Notes: generated by a model not told the origin, from the sequence alone. A DNA stretch of 64,000 bases from Takakia lepidozioides (GCA_030704615.1 CM060733.1:14074001-14138000), one strand, 5' to 3'. Numbered from the stretch's first letter, positions 13,823 to 27,709 are shown. Made by a program: numbers and translations.

Positions 13823-15189
13823 ATGGTCTCTCTCTCTATTGTTCCGCCCAGTCTGGGCATGGGGTCTATAGCCACAAGCGACGGCAAACAACCTCTTTTG
13901 AGTACATTCTCTCTCTATGAAGGTCTTTACCTTGCCCTTAACATTTATGCCTTCACCCCTACCTTTGTCTGGTGGGGTCCAACATAGGATAAATCGTACT
14001 TGTTGTCAATTGCTATGTTGTGCAGTGGGAGTTAGTATGTTGACAATTTCATGGGTTTGATCATGTTGTTGAATTCATCTTTCCATGTTAAGGGAATGTT
14101 ATGTCAATAATTGTCAGATTCACCTGTGAACATACGCGTGTCTTGTGGTCAACTCATTTCCTTCACCCTTGTGTTGCAGCCACTTGAGCGGATTAGCATC
14201 CTCTCCACATATTACTATGGTAAGTGGGTACCAGTTGGTGACAACTGAGGGAGGTTGACGTCTTGTGAGACATGATTTCACGGGATCTGGATGTGATATT
14301 GAGACCAGTATGCCATCTCTTATCTTCATGCTGCTTGCTGCTTGCTGAAGTTCACTAAAACCAAACAATTTCATGTCATGCTGACTCTAAATGATCGGAG
14401 ACATGCAAATTTAGATGGGTACATGAGGGAGATGTACCATTCCTGTGAATGTTTGATATTGTATACATTTGATGGGGCTGCTAACCCTCCTGAGCTGGTC
14501 AGAGGATTTCATCTCACCAAGTAAAGAGAGACACAGTGAGGGAGAGCAATATGTTTGTCCTAGCAAAAATTGAGGGGGACTGGGTGGGGAAGCAGATATA
14601 GAAGGGCATGTGGTGAGTACCAGTTGTGAAGATGAGATCACCATATTGAGGAGGCGCTTAGTTCAAACAAACAATGTGCTCCAAATGCAGGTATGTTGTA
14701 CCTCATCTCTTGGGCTCATTGCCTGCAATGCCCCCGAAGTTGTGGTTGCACTGGCCGTTTTCTTCTGAGGATTTTTGGGTGAGACCAGTTAATCTGTTCT
14801 GTACTATCTTCTAGACTTTCCTTCCTAGTGCATGCCCCTAGAATGGAGGGTTGTAATATTTGCAGACGTTGCTTGCCATAGCCTTTGTGGCTTTAGACTC
14901 AGTGTCAAGAAATACAGGGAAGAGGAGGCAGAGGCGGAATGGCACCCACTATCATCGCGGAGGACTCACTGCAGACCTTTAAACTGTAGCTCATTCCCGT
15001 CATCCAGATTTCTCAAGGAATCTCTTCACCTAACATACATTTGATCTTAGTAACCCCAGCATACTGCACTCCCAACAAAGAACATGACCAAGTGAGAAAG
15101 AGAGAGGTGCGCATGTGAGCCTCTTGACAGCACAAACATGAACAGTAATTTCCGTGTTTGTTTTGCAGAGGACGAAATGTCTTCCATGA
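10724..15189 (+). CDS. CYP23: Cyclophilin-type peptidyl-prolyl isomerase, CYP23-like, with N-terminal signal peptide; exons 10724-10852, 12122-12235, 12487-12635, 13066-13138, 13641-13730, 14180-14219, 14596-14690, 15169-15189
   Basis: Spliced motifs RVVFQ-TNYGDIEFGFYPKVAPRTVDHI...NHFFR-VDKGFVAQV...KHVRGILSMGR-YDDPDSGASSFSILLGNAPHLDGQ-YAIFGK...EGMFVM-PLERISILSTYYY...RTKCLP*. Confidence 0.9.
13786..13819. repeat. (CT)n microsatellite in cyclophilin intron
   Basis: Uninterrupted ct run. Confidence 0.9.
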
Positions 15190-16355
15190 AAATGCGCTGC
15201 AAGGAAAGCTCTAGAAGCTTGACTTTTGGATCCCAAAACAATTTGCAATGGCAGCCAGAGCAGGCTAGCATTGTGTTACGGTAGTGGCTGAAGCCAGGAA
15301 AACCAACTTTGATCTGTCTCATCAAGATCACTGTACAGTATGTATGCTGGCTTCCAGTCTAAAAATGTAACATTTCTCAGGACTGGGAAAGAAGCTCCAC
15401 AGACTTCTGAGCATGTTCAGCCTCCTCCATTCATGTGCCTTCTCATTCTAGGAAAATCAGTCCTTGGAACTCAAAATGTGGCAGCAAGTAGTGTCAATCA
15501 ATCAATCCATCAGCTTTCAGGTACAATTGGTTTGCCCTTTTAGATTTGACAAGGTGTACAATTGCAGCATGACATTATGATGCATCTCTGCAATCAGATG
15601 TTGATACCACCTTTGTCATGGGAGGCGCAAATATGCAAATGGCTTAAGATATGAAACATGTTGCAATAATGAAACATGAAGGGTTTAACTGGATGTATAC
15701 TGAGATGTGTGTGCACCAGCCATGCAATATCTTGATACAACTGAGTTAGACGGTTGACCTACCACCTGAACTATACAGAACAGGTGGTCTCAGTCACACC
15801 GCTGTGCAAAAAGCTCCTTCCATGTTCCTCGGTAGGAAGAAGGCACAAATGTAAAGTACATATCAATGTTCCAGAAGTCTTGGCAAGTACTACTTCACAG
15901 ACTCCAACTGCCTACTCTCTCTTATTCCCACCTAACACATTGAGCACATCTCAAAAGCCACTGGTTATATCAGCAAAGATCCCTCTGTTTCAAAACCCCG
16001 GCCCTCATTAATATGTCAATTCCTCTACTCAGCGATACAGGGAGGTAGGTACTCCACAGTATTTCCTGCCAATCTGAAGAGTTCAACTATACATGAATGG
16101 ATTCACAGGGTGGGATGAAATGGACGTTCCGACCCAAGGTTGTCGTTGTTTGAATATATAACCAGATATAACATTGCTTGTGGCGTGATCCAGTAAAAAT
16201 GCAATCGAGATCAATCTCCTAAGACTGAATCACTTTCAGATACTCAATGTAGATACTCAATGTGTCTGCCTAAACATCATGGAAATGGCAATTCATAAGA
16301 CCAGATCGAGGATGAAGTTAAGGAGATTGGCAGTCCAGCTACTACCAGGCAGGAT

Positions 16356-16820
16356 TCACCAGTCGATAAGTGAGGATAGTTGAAGGGACTTCCCTTCACA
16401 GACAGGACTCTCATCGAAGTTGGAGGCCGGAAATTTGGCAGTGACGATCCCCACTTCAAATACGAGCTGGTCATCATCAATGACAGTGATGCCGGTAACA
16501 GTCCACCAAAGAAAGAACGCCTTCACTGTGATTCCTTCCAGATTGCTCAACCGTCCGTAGGACACCTCACCACTGATGACCTTGGCATACTGTAATGGAT
16601 ACCCACCCGTAATTGTGACCCTGCATTTGCCTTCCAGGTTAACCTCAAAATTGCCATTGGATTCAAGCGTGTAGCTGGTCACAATATGTGGCAACAGGCC
16701 TGATGGAAAACCATAATCCTCCAGCTCCTCATATGCTGTTTTATATGCCTCAGCTGGGCCTGCCCTCAATAGGGCCAACACACCGATGACAATAAACAGT
16801 ACAGATGGTGGTGCTAGCAT
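16356..16820 (-). CDS. DUF538-family protein with predicted signal peptide
   Basis: From the ATG at 16820: hydrophobic leader, then TAYEELEDYGFPSGLLP...GNFEVNL...ISGEVSYGRLSNLEGITVKAFFLWWTVTGI...FEVG...FPASNFDESPVC, the typical DUF538 pattern. Confidence 0.88.
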   Translation of the reverse strand: MLAPPSVLFIVIGVLALLRAGPAEAYKTAYEELEDYGFPSGLLPHIVTSYTLESNGNFEVNLEGKCRVTITGGYPLQYAKVISGEVSYGRLSNLEGITVKAFFLWWTVTGITVIDDDQLVFEVGIVTAKFPASNFDESPVCEGKSLQLSSLIDW

Positions 16821-18200
16821 CGGCAATACCGTTGACTGTCGTCCGGAGACCCATGCCCTCGACGATGCCTGCTGCCGATTAAGATAGACTGAACCGTCCG
16901 CCACCATCACGTCCAGGCCTACAGTAACGCTATCTGAATATGTCATAAGCAAATCCTGCTCCCCAAATTTTCCCTGGTAGATAAAATCCAAGAGATGAGA
17001 CAACACTGAACTCTGGTATGTTTGGTCTCTCCTCCTTTACTCTCATCCGTAACAAATACTGAGACAACAGGCTTCTGAAGACACAAAAACAGAGGCACTC
17101 ATATACACAAGTAGAACAAACTTCCCGAACAAGACGTCACTAATTAAGAATACTCGGGGTCAGACATTTTTCGGTGAGAAATCTGCTCTAGACTCGAACA
17201 TCTAGGTGTGCATTCGAAGAGAACTGAGGGAAAGACGAAGAGAGAAAGTCACTACAAATGGCGCACCTCTCCATTGACAAGGAAAGACTTAGCAATGAAC
17301 CCTGGACTCCATATCAACAAGCTTCTCCAAATCTAGTACAGCATCATACAAGGAACCCAAGATTCCGATCCCCTCAGAAGGAGATACTCACCACTGAATC
17401 AACTCCTCGCCAGCAAACGGAATCTTCTCCAATGCTAGCACCCACAAAAACCCACAAAACTCACAGAAAGACAATCGACACTGAATCCGAGCTTCTCCAG
17501 AGCCTACAAACGCCCCTCACAAGACAATCAGCTCGGATGCATCCCACTCCATCATCTTCTCCAAAGGTCTACCAAGAGCTCGAGAAAGAGCTCGTGGTTA
17601 TCGTGGGTCCCTTTGCACGCCTGCTTATCATTGATACGACCGTTTTAAACTAATACTATTCTGCCACTTGTCCCCATTGACCGGTAGATGCCGGTAGCCG
17701 TTCCACCTGGGTAACAGTGTAGGGACTTGGTTTCGTGCAAACCATTGTTGTATGTGAGACTGTGGGTCACATTCATGAAGCCCCAGTTGAAAGCTGTTTG
17801 ACCTTTCCCCCATATGAACAAGGAGTGAGTCTTCCTAATTGTCGGTTTCTGTTGTCCACAGTTGAGATGAAGCAAAAATGAGAAAGAATATGACAGGATT
17901 GCAGAACTGAGTCCATAAACAGGACACAGAAAGCGAAGGGGCTGTGTTTTGTGTGGTGCCAGACAATCGCGTCTGGATGCAGAACATAGGAGTGTACAGC
18001 AATGGACACAATAGAGAAAGTAGCAACTGAGAAAATAGGTGCAGAACATTATCTTCATGAAAAGTAAATATTGCACTTGCATATCCACCACCTACAAAAC
18101 CTACAATGACCAAGGTAACTGGTGGCTCATCAAATTCAAAGACCACCAGAGATTCATATTAGCCTCTTAATAAGCCTCTTCAGTAAGCTCCTCTGATGCC

Positions 18201-21200
18201 TCACTTCTCTAAAAATGATATTGTGAACTGCTGAAATGATCTACAAGACATAGGGAACAGAATCTGATTGGCTTGCAAAGTGCCCGTCAACATTGCAACC
18301 ACCTCTTCCAACATATAGATCTCGTCCACTTGCTGCTGGTGGACCCAATCCTCAACCAAACTGCCACAAACACCATAATTGTACTTAGATGCATCACCTC
18401 AACAACCCTAGGATGTCCTTAAGGAGTAAATTGCCCAGCCCAACTGCGCAATAAGAAGGATTGAACTTGTCCAGGTCAACAGTCAACCCTAGAAACATGA
18501 CACAATTCAACTAAAAGGCTATATGCTGTTTCACGGTGGCACGCCTAAAACTAAGAGCTCCAAAGGAACATCACAGGCTTCACCATAACTAAGTCACCAG
18601 GCCACACATACAAAGTGGGCACCTCAATGCAAGAACAGCTGCTCTTCGCGGAAATCATCGAGGAAAACACAAAAGTAACACCCCCAAAGTCAGATATTGA
18701 AAAACCGGAAACCACAAGAACACCACAAAGCCATCTTCTAATTAGGATAGGAAGTACCACATACAAGAGGGAGCCCCTGCATCCATCTCTCTCCCTCTCT
18801 CACACACACAAGTACTTGCACACGAGACAGTTCCATGTCTGCCAATAATGCTTCTTTTGTTTCTTGTAAATTCTTGTCTCTGTTCTTCAAGCTTTCCATA
18901 CAGTTCTTATTTGTCTTTCTTTCTTTCTGTTGCAAGTACCAAATGTACCAACGTGCAGTCCAGACCCAGATTATGTCTTTCAGGTGTATACTTCCATGGG
19001 CTTGAGTTTTGTTTCAGTGCCTAGATTCCTTCTTTGTAAACCATCCTCTCACCTCAATTCATCTGCTCCAAACTTGCTGCAGTCACGATACATGAGCTTG
19101 ACCACAGGCTGCAAAATGGCAGGGACCACCTCCCTTGCTGATACTAGAGAGCTCGCTCTGCCCATCCCTCCCCTCATTCCTGACTCTTCACCTGAGACTT
19201 GCAAGGTTTGTTGCCTGTCTAGCCCATCCAATGCAGCTTCAGGCCCTGGTACATAATTTGTGTTACATGCACCTGTGCAAATCCATGCATCTTGGTTGAG
19301 AAGAACAAGCTGTAATAGGGGCGCCTGTGATGTGAAGCTTCGTACCAGATAGCGACACGAGCCAGTGCCCTCCGTGTTGGCTTGCAGTTGATGGGTGATC
19401 ACTCTCTCAAGAGTATGGTGCCTGGCAGTACAATAAAACAGTAAGTGACAGTAATTGTGCAGTGAAAGACAGACGGAGAGAGACAGGGAGACCCCCAGCA
19501 AGGAGGAAGACTTGTGCTCATTGATGTGTGCACTGTAAGATCCCTGTGAAGCTTGAAAGACACTAAGCAACTGACTCTGAGCGAAACTCTACATGTACTG
19601 ACAGGCACTTGACTGACTCTGGCTATTTCACATGTAGCCAGAAAGAATTGGAGTTCACTGGAATGGCACCTGGGGTGTTCTAGAGGAGCCAGGAGAGCTG
19701 CATACATAAATTCAGAAAGGGTTCCATCAAACCTGAATACATTAAGAGAGCTGCGGGAAACTTCATCAGTTGAAATGAGGCATTTAAAAAAATGCACCCC
19801 TTTCTTGCTGCTGTTTGGATGGCGTTCAGTTTCCTTTGAGCTTGCACCCACCAAAGATGAGCAAGCATTACAAAAGTAAGGGTCCCATTCAGATGCTTCG
19901 GACGGACCCCCTGGCCCTGTCATAAACCCATTCCCCAGGCTCATAGAACCTGTTTCAGCTTCTGGCAAACTGTGCATGCCTCTGGCGGCAGATTCTATGT
20001 TGGCTTTTGAAGGAATAGTCTCCTTGAAGCACTTACTTGACATGCAACAAGAATTGAGATTTTCTAGTTCACCCTGTATCCCCTCCATGCCAACCCACTC
20101 ATTAGTAGCTTGTGCAGGATCTCTAAGAGCAACTGGGTGTTGAATTGTAGTTGTGAAGGCCCCTGTTGGAAATATGCAATCAGGAGTCACAGAACTTTCG
20201 GTTGCTGTATCTCTCCAGCATTCCCTGTCAACAGCGGAGGAGACATGCAGCTCTTCATCTCGACAACGACTACCTGAAACATCACAGCTAGTGATAAGCA
20301 GGCCGGTTTCACCACCCACCTTGTCATTCAGTAGTCCCAAAGCACCAACATCGAAATTTCCCACCGTTTCTAGATTCTGCGGCATGTGGTGCAAAGGTTG
20401 TTCCAGGGACTCAGGATTTGTGTTTCCAACCCATGAAATCTCTTGAAGTCCCTGGATTGGTGTATTTAGGTCAGCCTTGTTGTTTGGCCTCGTGCCCTCT
20501 GGATACATGTTGGAAGATGTAACCTCTCTGGTGCATGGATCACCAAATATACCTTCTTTATCAACAAAATCATCCTCTCTGTTCCCCAATCCCTCCTCTT
20601 TTGACATATCAGGATTTGCCCTAGCATCTTCAATGCCCACTCCAGCTGCTGTATCAGCATCGCAATCTAGAGCATCTTTGACTGTGATGTTGCAAGCCCC
20701 ATCACCCAAGATATCATTGTGATGCACAATGCAAGTGGTGGATGTCACAAGGCATGTCCCCTCTGCTGGAACAAAGAGCTGCTGGAACTGTGCAACAAGA
20801 GACTCTGTCTTGACACCAAATGAGGAACAGCAACAAGACCCAAACCAGTGTTCTGCTACTTCCCGCCAGTCTGCTGAAGGAAGTTCTACAATGCGCCTAC
20901 AAGCCACCAGAACTTCTTTAAATCCTCCAGAAAGAGTTAATTCTACTACAAGATGACTAATTTCAAAGACAAGGACTCTGATGAACAACTTTACACCCTA
21001 AGATCATAAACTTTCAATAAAGCCCAATCTTTGGTCAAAGCCCACTCATGACTGATTGTGATATGAAGTTTCTCTTCCTTCCTATCCATGGATCTGTTTA
21101 TGTCAAGTCACAGCCAGAATTTTACAAAGTAGAGTTATGGAAATGTGCATATTCATTGGGGCTATGATTACCTGAATGGAGTGTGTGTGAGCTTAGACGA

Positions 21201-22041
21201 GCACACGTTGCAGTAAAACATAATCCCTTCATGCGACGTAAGGGCTTGTGCATCTGAAATTTCCGCCCCACCAAGAACCACCACTTGACACTTCAAAGTG
21301 TGTACTCGTACAGGGACTACCGACGAAGACCTCCAGAAGGTCCCACCGGGATTCTCCGTGAAGATGTGGAACTGCTGAAATTCAGCTGACTTACAAAGAG
21401 GATGCAAGGGTCTGAATTTTTAAAACAACCGGGCATCATTGGGTTATTCGAAGCAAGTTCGAGCACTGCTCTTCCGGTACATCTACTTTACAACGGTGGT
21501 TGTGGTTGCACTGACCCATTGTCCATTGGGTAGAGCGATTACGCGACCTCCTCTGGGTGTGAGAGAGAGACAGAGAGAGAGAAAGAGAGAGAAGAGGGGC
21601 GGGGAAGGTACCAGAGTCCAAAGAGAATGAGCATCTTAGCTCTTTCAGCGCTTCATGGTTGCCTTCCTTCTCATTTCTGAGTTGAGAAGCATCCGATGAC
21701 AGCAGTTCCAACAGAGGAAATCCCGAACGAAAGGACCCATCCAGAGATAGAAGCTGTATTTTGATCTCTATATGGTCCCCACGAGCCGAGAAGCGAATGG
21801 GAGCAGAGAGGTCCAGCAAACAGGGAGGTATTGGAACATGGAGAGAGTGAGACTTTCCATCCGCAGAGTCCCATCGACAGTTGAGAACAGAAAACGGTGA
21901 GGCGGGAGGACCTTGGAAAGTAGTTTCGAGGTCGAGACAGTCACCAAGGGGAGAAAGCAAATTATGGAAAAGAGAAAGGCGCAGGCAAAGTAGATGATGA
22001 AGTGCTTCGTATGAAAACCGCCACTCCTCTACTGCCGCCAT
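18201..22041 (-). CDS. UBE3D-like (HECT_2, E2C-binding) protein; exons 22041-21612, 21253-21172, 20896-19733, 19421-19053, 18360-18201
   Basis: Motifs WRFSYEAL, FYCNVCSSKL, ELPSADWREVAEHWFGSCCC, CNACSSLVG, GVHFFKCLIS, LQLVLLN, VVKLMY, and C-terminal NQILFPMSCRSFQQFTISFLEK*; splice phases consistent. Confidence 0.82.
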
Positions 22042-22364
22042 CTCGCCCACATCTCCCAGCGCGTACGCACGCAGTTAACATTCCATGAGCGATTGTTGAA
22101 AAGGAGCTCTCATGTCTTGGCCGCCCTTCACTTGCTTTTTCCAGCTAACTTTCTTACTATACTCTACCTATTAGGTTTCCGCTAAATATTCTTCTTTTCC
22201 ATCTGCTAATATGACGTTGTTTAGCGGCCCAGCCAAAATAGCCAGTATAAGTTAAGCTATGAACACTCTTTCTAAGCCTCGCAGCTTTCTCTCTCAGCGC
22301 AGAGCCGTATGTCAGTTTACGATACCTCTCAGAAACCAGCAAGACAGCAACGCATTGTCTTCCG

Positions 22365-23576
22365 ATGAATCACAACTACACCGGCACTACCCAACTGCGG
22401 AAACCAGGTCCTGCGTAGCCCGCTCCTGAATGCACTGGATGCATTACAGAGGAGGAAGACGAATTCAAAGCTTCATGATGCGCACACGACCGAGTGGAAG
22501 TCACTTCCCCTGAAAAGTACAAGTACACACTCGCTCCTTTTACTCTGAAAGTTCCTCGAGCTGGGATTATCAGCAAAACTTTGCTTTGGAACATATGAAG
22601 GGGCTTTGACACATGAAACACTCATATAGACAAGCATAGGAATAGAGAATTTGTTCATGATGCTGGAGCCCTGCTACTACTACGCAGCTTCAGATATTAC
22701 AGAAGAGGCTATTCCCCAATCACATACCACAACATTGTATCGGAAATTCCTAAATCACAAGCCTGCACCTATGAAGGTGACATTCTAATTCACCCTGCTG
22801 CCAATTTTCTGGAATAGTCTATCTGTAGGCTAAAAGGCTCTGCCTGGATTGACAACTCCGACAGTGGCTCAGTTCTGCTTAGGGAGTGGGTGGACACATC
22901 GACACATGTTGATTTCTGGTTATGAGACGCCAGTTGCTGGAAACTCATCACCAGAGCGGAGTACTTGCTTGACTCACATGAACTTTTGCGAAGACTCAGC
23001 TATTCAGAATGGATCTCTCCCAAGCACATCACAGAACAACAGTACAATGGTCAATGGCTGCAGAAATGCGAAGGCAAAGACAAACATTTACTCCATACAA
23101 GCGCGGAAAACAAGTTGTCCTGGAAAAGGCTACTGAGATGGTTGTCCCAAGAGATCATTTGGCACCTCAAGCTCAAGAGCATCATCACATCCCTCGCTAC
23201 AACTGACCTGCCAACAAACTACTTGTCACTGTCCTATTTTCTTTCCGTATACTTCACCCTTCGTAGTGTGTACGCAGAAGACTCCAGCCATAGCAACTTG
23301 TAGCTCTACTTGCATGTTCACCTCACTGGTGATACCCGGGACAGATACCACAGATGGTCTACAGTTATGCTTCTGAGAACTAGGTGGATGGATATTGGAC
23401 CTGTGCAGCATCTCCCTTTGGCTGGAAACCACAGATGGACCAGAAACCTGCAAGAGGAACCTTGGTGGATGTTTGCTGGGCCTGCATAACACAACTTCAG
23501 TATTACCAGGACACACACCCACTTCACTACCATTCAGCACAAGAGAACCAGAGCAAGACATACAAGAGCTGGATGA
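22365..23576 (+). pseudogene. Decayed long reading frame of unknown family
   Basis: One frame from the ATG at 22365 (includes ORF 22965-23303) runs about 400 codons with about 9 scattered stops and protein-like composition; no family recognised. Confidence 0.3.
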
Positions 23577-24520
23577 TTGACTGTACCCACAATCCTCGGG
23601 CACACACTCGCTTTTTTGTCTTGCAGCACAGGAGGACCAGTAAAGAGGATACCAGACTGGGTGGCTGATTGCAAGGCCTGCACAAAGTACCCATGACCCT
23701 AAATTTGCTCCCCCCTTACCTTTCAACACCCACACCATAGAAATTTAGCCCCCTTTTCTGTGGAACCCCTCTGTTTAGCAGATTGTTTCCCTATGATGCT
23801 GCCTACTACCAGAAACAACATCCTCACTTATTACTTCCTAATACTAATGCTTAATCTATCACATTTTCTGTACACTGAACCCCCTATCCTATGCTCCTAT
23901 CCCATGATCTTGCCATCCAATTCATACAAGTCACTATCATCTATTTGCTTTGTATTCTGGATATCTGTGATTTACCATGCCCACTACTAACCTCATTCAA
24001 GCATTCTCCTCTACAAAATTCCAGACACTCTACTCCTCGTAGGGGGACAATGCAACCAAAAAATTACCCTAAAAAATACAGACATGAATCTACACTATGT
24101 ACTCAAAAATCCAAGGCTGAAACAAAGCAGTTATGCCAAAAATTCTAGTTTCACTCCTCTCATCACAATATACCGTTGGCCCCTTCATATACTCCCTACT
24201 ACCAACAACAACAACACACTCCCTGTCGCGCATTTTTAGCCACTAATTTTTTTATCAAACACTACCTTTATACAACACTACTTTTATACAACACTTGCGG
24301 AATTTTATGACCAAACACACTACTAACAACATAATACTTTAAAAAATCTGATTTAGAAAGTTCCAAACACTCTTGCTCCTCACAAGAAACGCCCCCACTT
24401 CAGAAGACAATGTTGTCACATGCTTACTATCCAACACACAAACCTATTTCTCCACTATTTACTCACAAAATCATGGCAAGCTTCGTCTTCCACCTCCACT
24501 TTGCATCCCTCTCACATTAC

Positions 24521-25030
24521 ATTTTCAACCAATCTTTCAAACATCTCAGTTCATTTTTTAACTACCATTGATTTCAGTTTTACAGGCTTCAGTTTTCAGT
24601 TTACAACAAGATTTTCAACCAATCCTTCAGACATCTCAGTTAAATTTTTAACTACCATTGATTTCAATTTTCAGTTTTCAGTTTTATATACCTAAGTTTT
24701 CAGTTTACAGCAAGATTTTTAGCCAATCCTTCAGATATCTAGTTAATTTTTTAACTATTATTGATTTCAGTTTTACAGACCTCAGTTTTTAATTTACAGC
24801 AAGATTTTCAGCCAGTCTTTCAGACATCTCAATTAATTTTTTAACTACGAATGATTTCAGTTTTACACACTTCGGTTTTCAGTTTTCAGTTTTACAAACA
24901 TCTGTTTTCAGTTTACAACAAAGATTTTCAGCTAGTCCTTAAGACATCTCAGTTAATCTTTTAACTACCATTGATTTCAGTTTTACAAACTTCAATTTTC
25001 AGTTTTGCAAACTTCGGATTTTTAGTTTAC
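24521..25030. repeat. AT-rich tandem array, about 5 units of 90-120 bp
   Basis: Unit ATTTTCA(A/G)CCAATCCTTCAGACATCTCAGTTAATTTTTTAACTACCATTGATTTCAGTTTT... starting near 24521, 24611, 24715, 24804, 24924. Confidence 0.9.
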
Positions 25031-25594
25031 ACCTAACCAACAATGTATATTAGGAATTATAGAGGGATATTGGACAGATCACAAACATATATATATATAC
25101 ATATATAACTTTCAAATTACCGAACCATGTTGTTATTTAGCTTACTATAACCCTCTCTTTTTTATTCCTGGACCACTCTCTAATGGACAGGCTGGGCGGC
25201 TTATTATGGGGTAGTATTGGCATGAGTTAGTGACATAAAGTACAGGCAGGTGGCGTGGGATGCCTTTGTGAATGTAGTTGGTGAAAAGACAAAGAAGTAA
25301 ACCGCACTCAAAACAACATAGTCAGAGCTATCACAGATTTGACGAGAGTAATGGGACTTGCATTTGTGAAAGTGCCCATTCTAAAGATGCAGGAGGTTTA
25401 GGAGGGGCAAGAGATTGCAGTGCCGAGGCAAACTCTTCTCATGTAGGTGCAGACAATTCGAACATGTGAAAAGAAGACTACAGAATAAAACTTCAGATAA
25501 CTATAGTGAATTGTAAAACACTATAGATGATTTTACTACAAAATAATGGCATCGGCAGTGGCTTGATAAGTAGCATGCTCACATGTAGTCATGC

Positions 25595-26024
25595 TAGGTT
25601 GCGTTGACGACCCAGATATATCGCCAATTGAGTGCATTTTTGAACACTCGATATTTCTTGACCCTATGTGAATTCTCTTTCTGGTCTATCATTGCCAAAT
25701 TTTGGTCCTTTGTTGTACTCTGGCCTTGGCAATGCTTGGTTTTCTTTCTCAATGATTCTCATGAGCCTCTCAAGGTCATCTTCCCTTTTGTCTTTGATAA
25801 GGTTATGCAGGATGCAACAACAATGTGTAAACACATCTGGAACCAATGTAACATGAAGCTCAATTTTGCAAAGCATTTCTCTTAAAGGTTTTTTTCATGA
25901 TTCCGAAAGCATTTTGGACTACAGATCTTCCCCTTCTGTGTCTGCGATTGTAGAAGAGTTCTAGGATTGAATGATTGCCCTCTTTATGCGGTGTCATTAT
26001 CCAAGAAATGCAAGGGTAGCCCTT
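25595..26024 (-). mobile_element. PIF/Harbinger transposase (DDE_Tnp_4-type) C-terminal relic
   Basis: Minus-strand translation KGYPCISWIMTPHK...FYNRRHRRGRSVVQNAFGIMKKTF, then after a frameshift VPDVFTHCCCILHNLI. Confidence 0.8.
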
Positions 26025-26029
26025 ATGAA

Positions 26030-26169
26030 TTTACAAAGCCTACTGCTCAACACACAGGCCATCAAGGGCCCCAGGACGGTTTGAAGGAACATGTTGAAGG
26101 ATTGAACCCAGGATCACCTAGGTTATGCATAGGCAAAGCACAAACACCCAACCACTGGGCTACCTGCTC
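26030..26169 (-). mobile_element. tRNA-derived SINE (or tRNA pseudogene) head
   Basis: Minus strand GAGCAGG-TAGCCCAGTGG (A box)...GGGTTCAATCC (B box)...CATGTTC; no canonical cloverleaf; abuts and truncates the Harbinger relic. Confidence 0.6.
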
Positions 26170-26499
26170 AAGTGCATAATCAAAGACCCCTCCCACTTCA
26201 GTTTTGCTATATCTGAAAAGGGACGGGTTCTCATGGCAGATAGCGTATATCGAGAACATGTGAATTGTGGTACTTCGATTCATTTTGTTAGGTGTTGTTC
26301 TATTTTGGTGGGGGTTATTTTGTTGGCATCATGTTGAAGTCAAGGGGGAAAATGTGGTTCTAGTTTTCCCGTACTTGACTGTCACCAGTTAGCAAGCCAG
26401 CCCTAAATTTGAATCTCTTTTAGAACAAGCTTGTATTTTGAACCCTCTTGAGAGGTTGGGTTGGTTGAGGTTGACAACACATCAAGTGCTCTATTGATA

Positions 26500-27065
26500 G
26501 GAAAAAATCATCAGTTGCTGCGGCACGTTGGTGAGGGAAAGTCTGGGTGCTCGCAGCGATCAATGCTCAACATTGTGATGCAACTTCGCAAGGTTTGTAA
26601 TCACCCTTACCTCCTAGCAGGATCTGAGCCTGAAGGAGGAAGCCCTGAATTCCTACAAGACATGCGCGTGAAGGCATCAGCAAAACTGACACTATTGCAC
26701 TCCATGCTACAGATCCTGAAGCCACATGGTCATCGCGTTCTGATATTTTCTCAAATGACCAAACTCTTGGATATATTGGAAGATTACCTGACATTCCAAT
26801 TTGGTCATTAGAGTTATGAACAAGTTGATGGATCAGTGCCGGTTGCCGATCGCCAGACAGAAATTGCAAGATTTAATCAGGATCACTCTTGTTTTGTGTT
26901 TCTGTTGTCCACTCGCTCTTGTAGACTTGGCATCAATCTCGCAACGGCCGATACAGTGGTCATCTGTGATTCTGACTTCAATCCCCATGCAGACATTCAA
27001 GCTATGAACCGTGCCCATCATATTGATCAGTGTAAAACTTTGTTGGTATACAGATTTGTTGTTGG
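26500..27065 (+). pseudogene. CHD3-type chromatin remodeller fragment (CHR4/PKR1-like helicase C-terminal region)
   Basis: SMLNIVMQLRKVCNHPYL...KASAKLTLLHSML...HRVLIFSQMTKLLDILEDYL, in-frame TAG at 26809-26811, then VDGSV...FVFLLSTRSC.LGINLATADTV.I.DSDFNPHADIQAMNRAH; the rest of the gene is absent. Confidence 0.88.
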
Positions 27066-27709
27066 GCCCTTGAGTTTGAACGATGTGACAGTATCTGAGG
27101 GGACTGGTGACATTGAGACAGCATCAACTGCGCTATGTCACACCAACACTGTGCCTTACTGGTGTATGTAGGGACTTCCCAGTGTTGAATAGGCAAGCTT
27201 TAGAGGGTTTCCAAAGTTGAGCAGGAAGAGAATTTAATAGATATGCCACATTCACATTCTTACCATGGATGGCAGCACTCTGAGGAGGAAGAAGGGAGCA
27301 GGACGGCACATCTGAGTCAGCACCAGAGAGTACACAGCTGCTGGTCGAGCTCTCAAGCAGTAACTGTGAGTGGCTGTCCAGCACAACTAATGTTCGATTG
27401 GATTGACCTCATTATGTCACCTTGCCAGATTCGCATGTGCCTGGGGTCCCTTGGAATTAAGAGAGTTTCACCCAAGGTGGATGGTTTAACCCAACCTCTG
27501 ACCCACCCATGGCTAAGCAAAGCCGGCTGATGATTGTGAGTCATATGGCTGAGACAAAGAATCTGCTATTGAACTATAGGAATTGGGAATGATTGAAGGA
27601 CAGACTAGATCAAGTTCCTAGGGCAGTACATCGGTGTGCTGTGCAAAGATTAGAGCTGAAGTAGACTGATTGTTAAGACATTTGGCTCCACTTCAAGGTC
27701 TGGATCTTG

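Noticed and set aside
24521-25030. CRISPR-like appearance of the tandem arrays here and at 43760-44280
   Set aside because: The units repeat over their whole length with no unique spacers; the context is eukaryotic and no cas genes are present.
26086-26169. Functional tRNA gene
   Set aside because: A and B boxes are present but no convincing anticodon arm or cloverleaf; treated as a SINE head.
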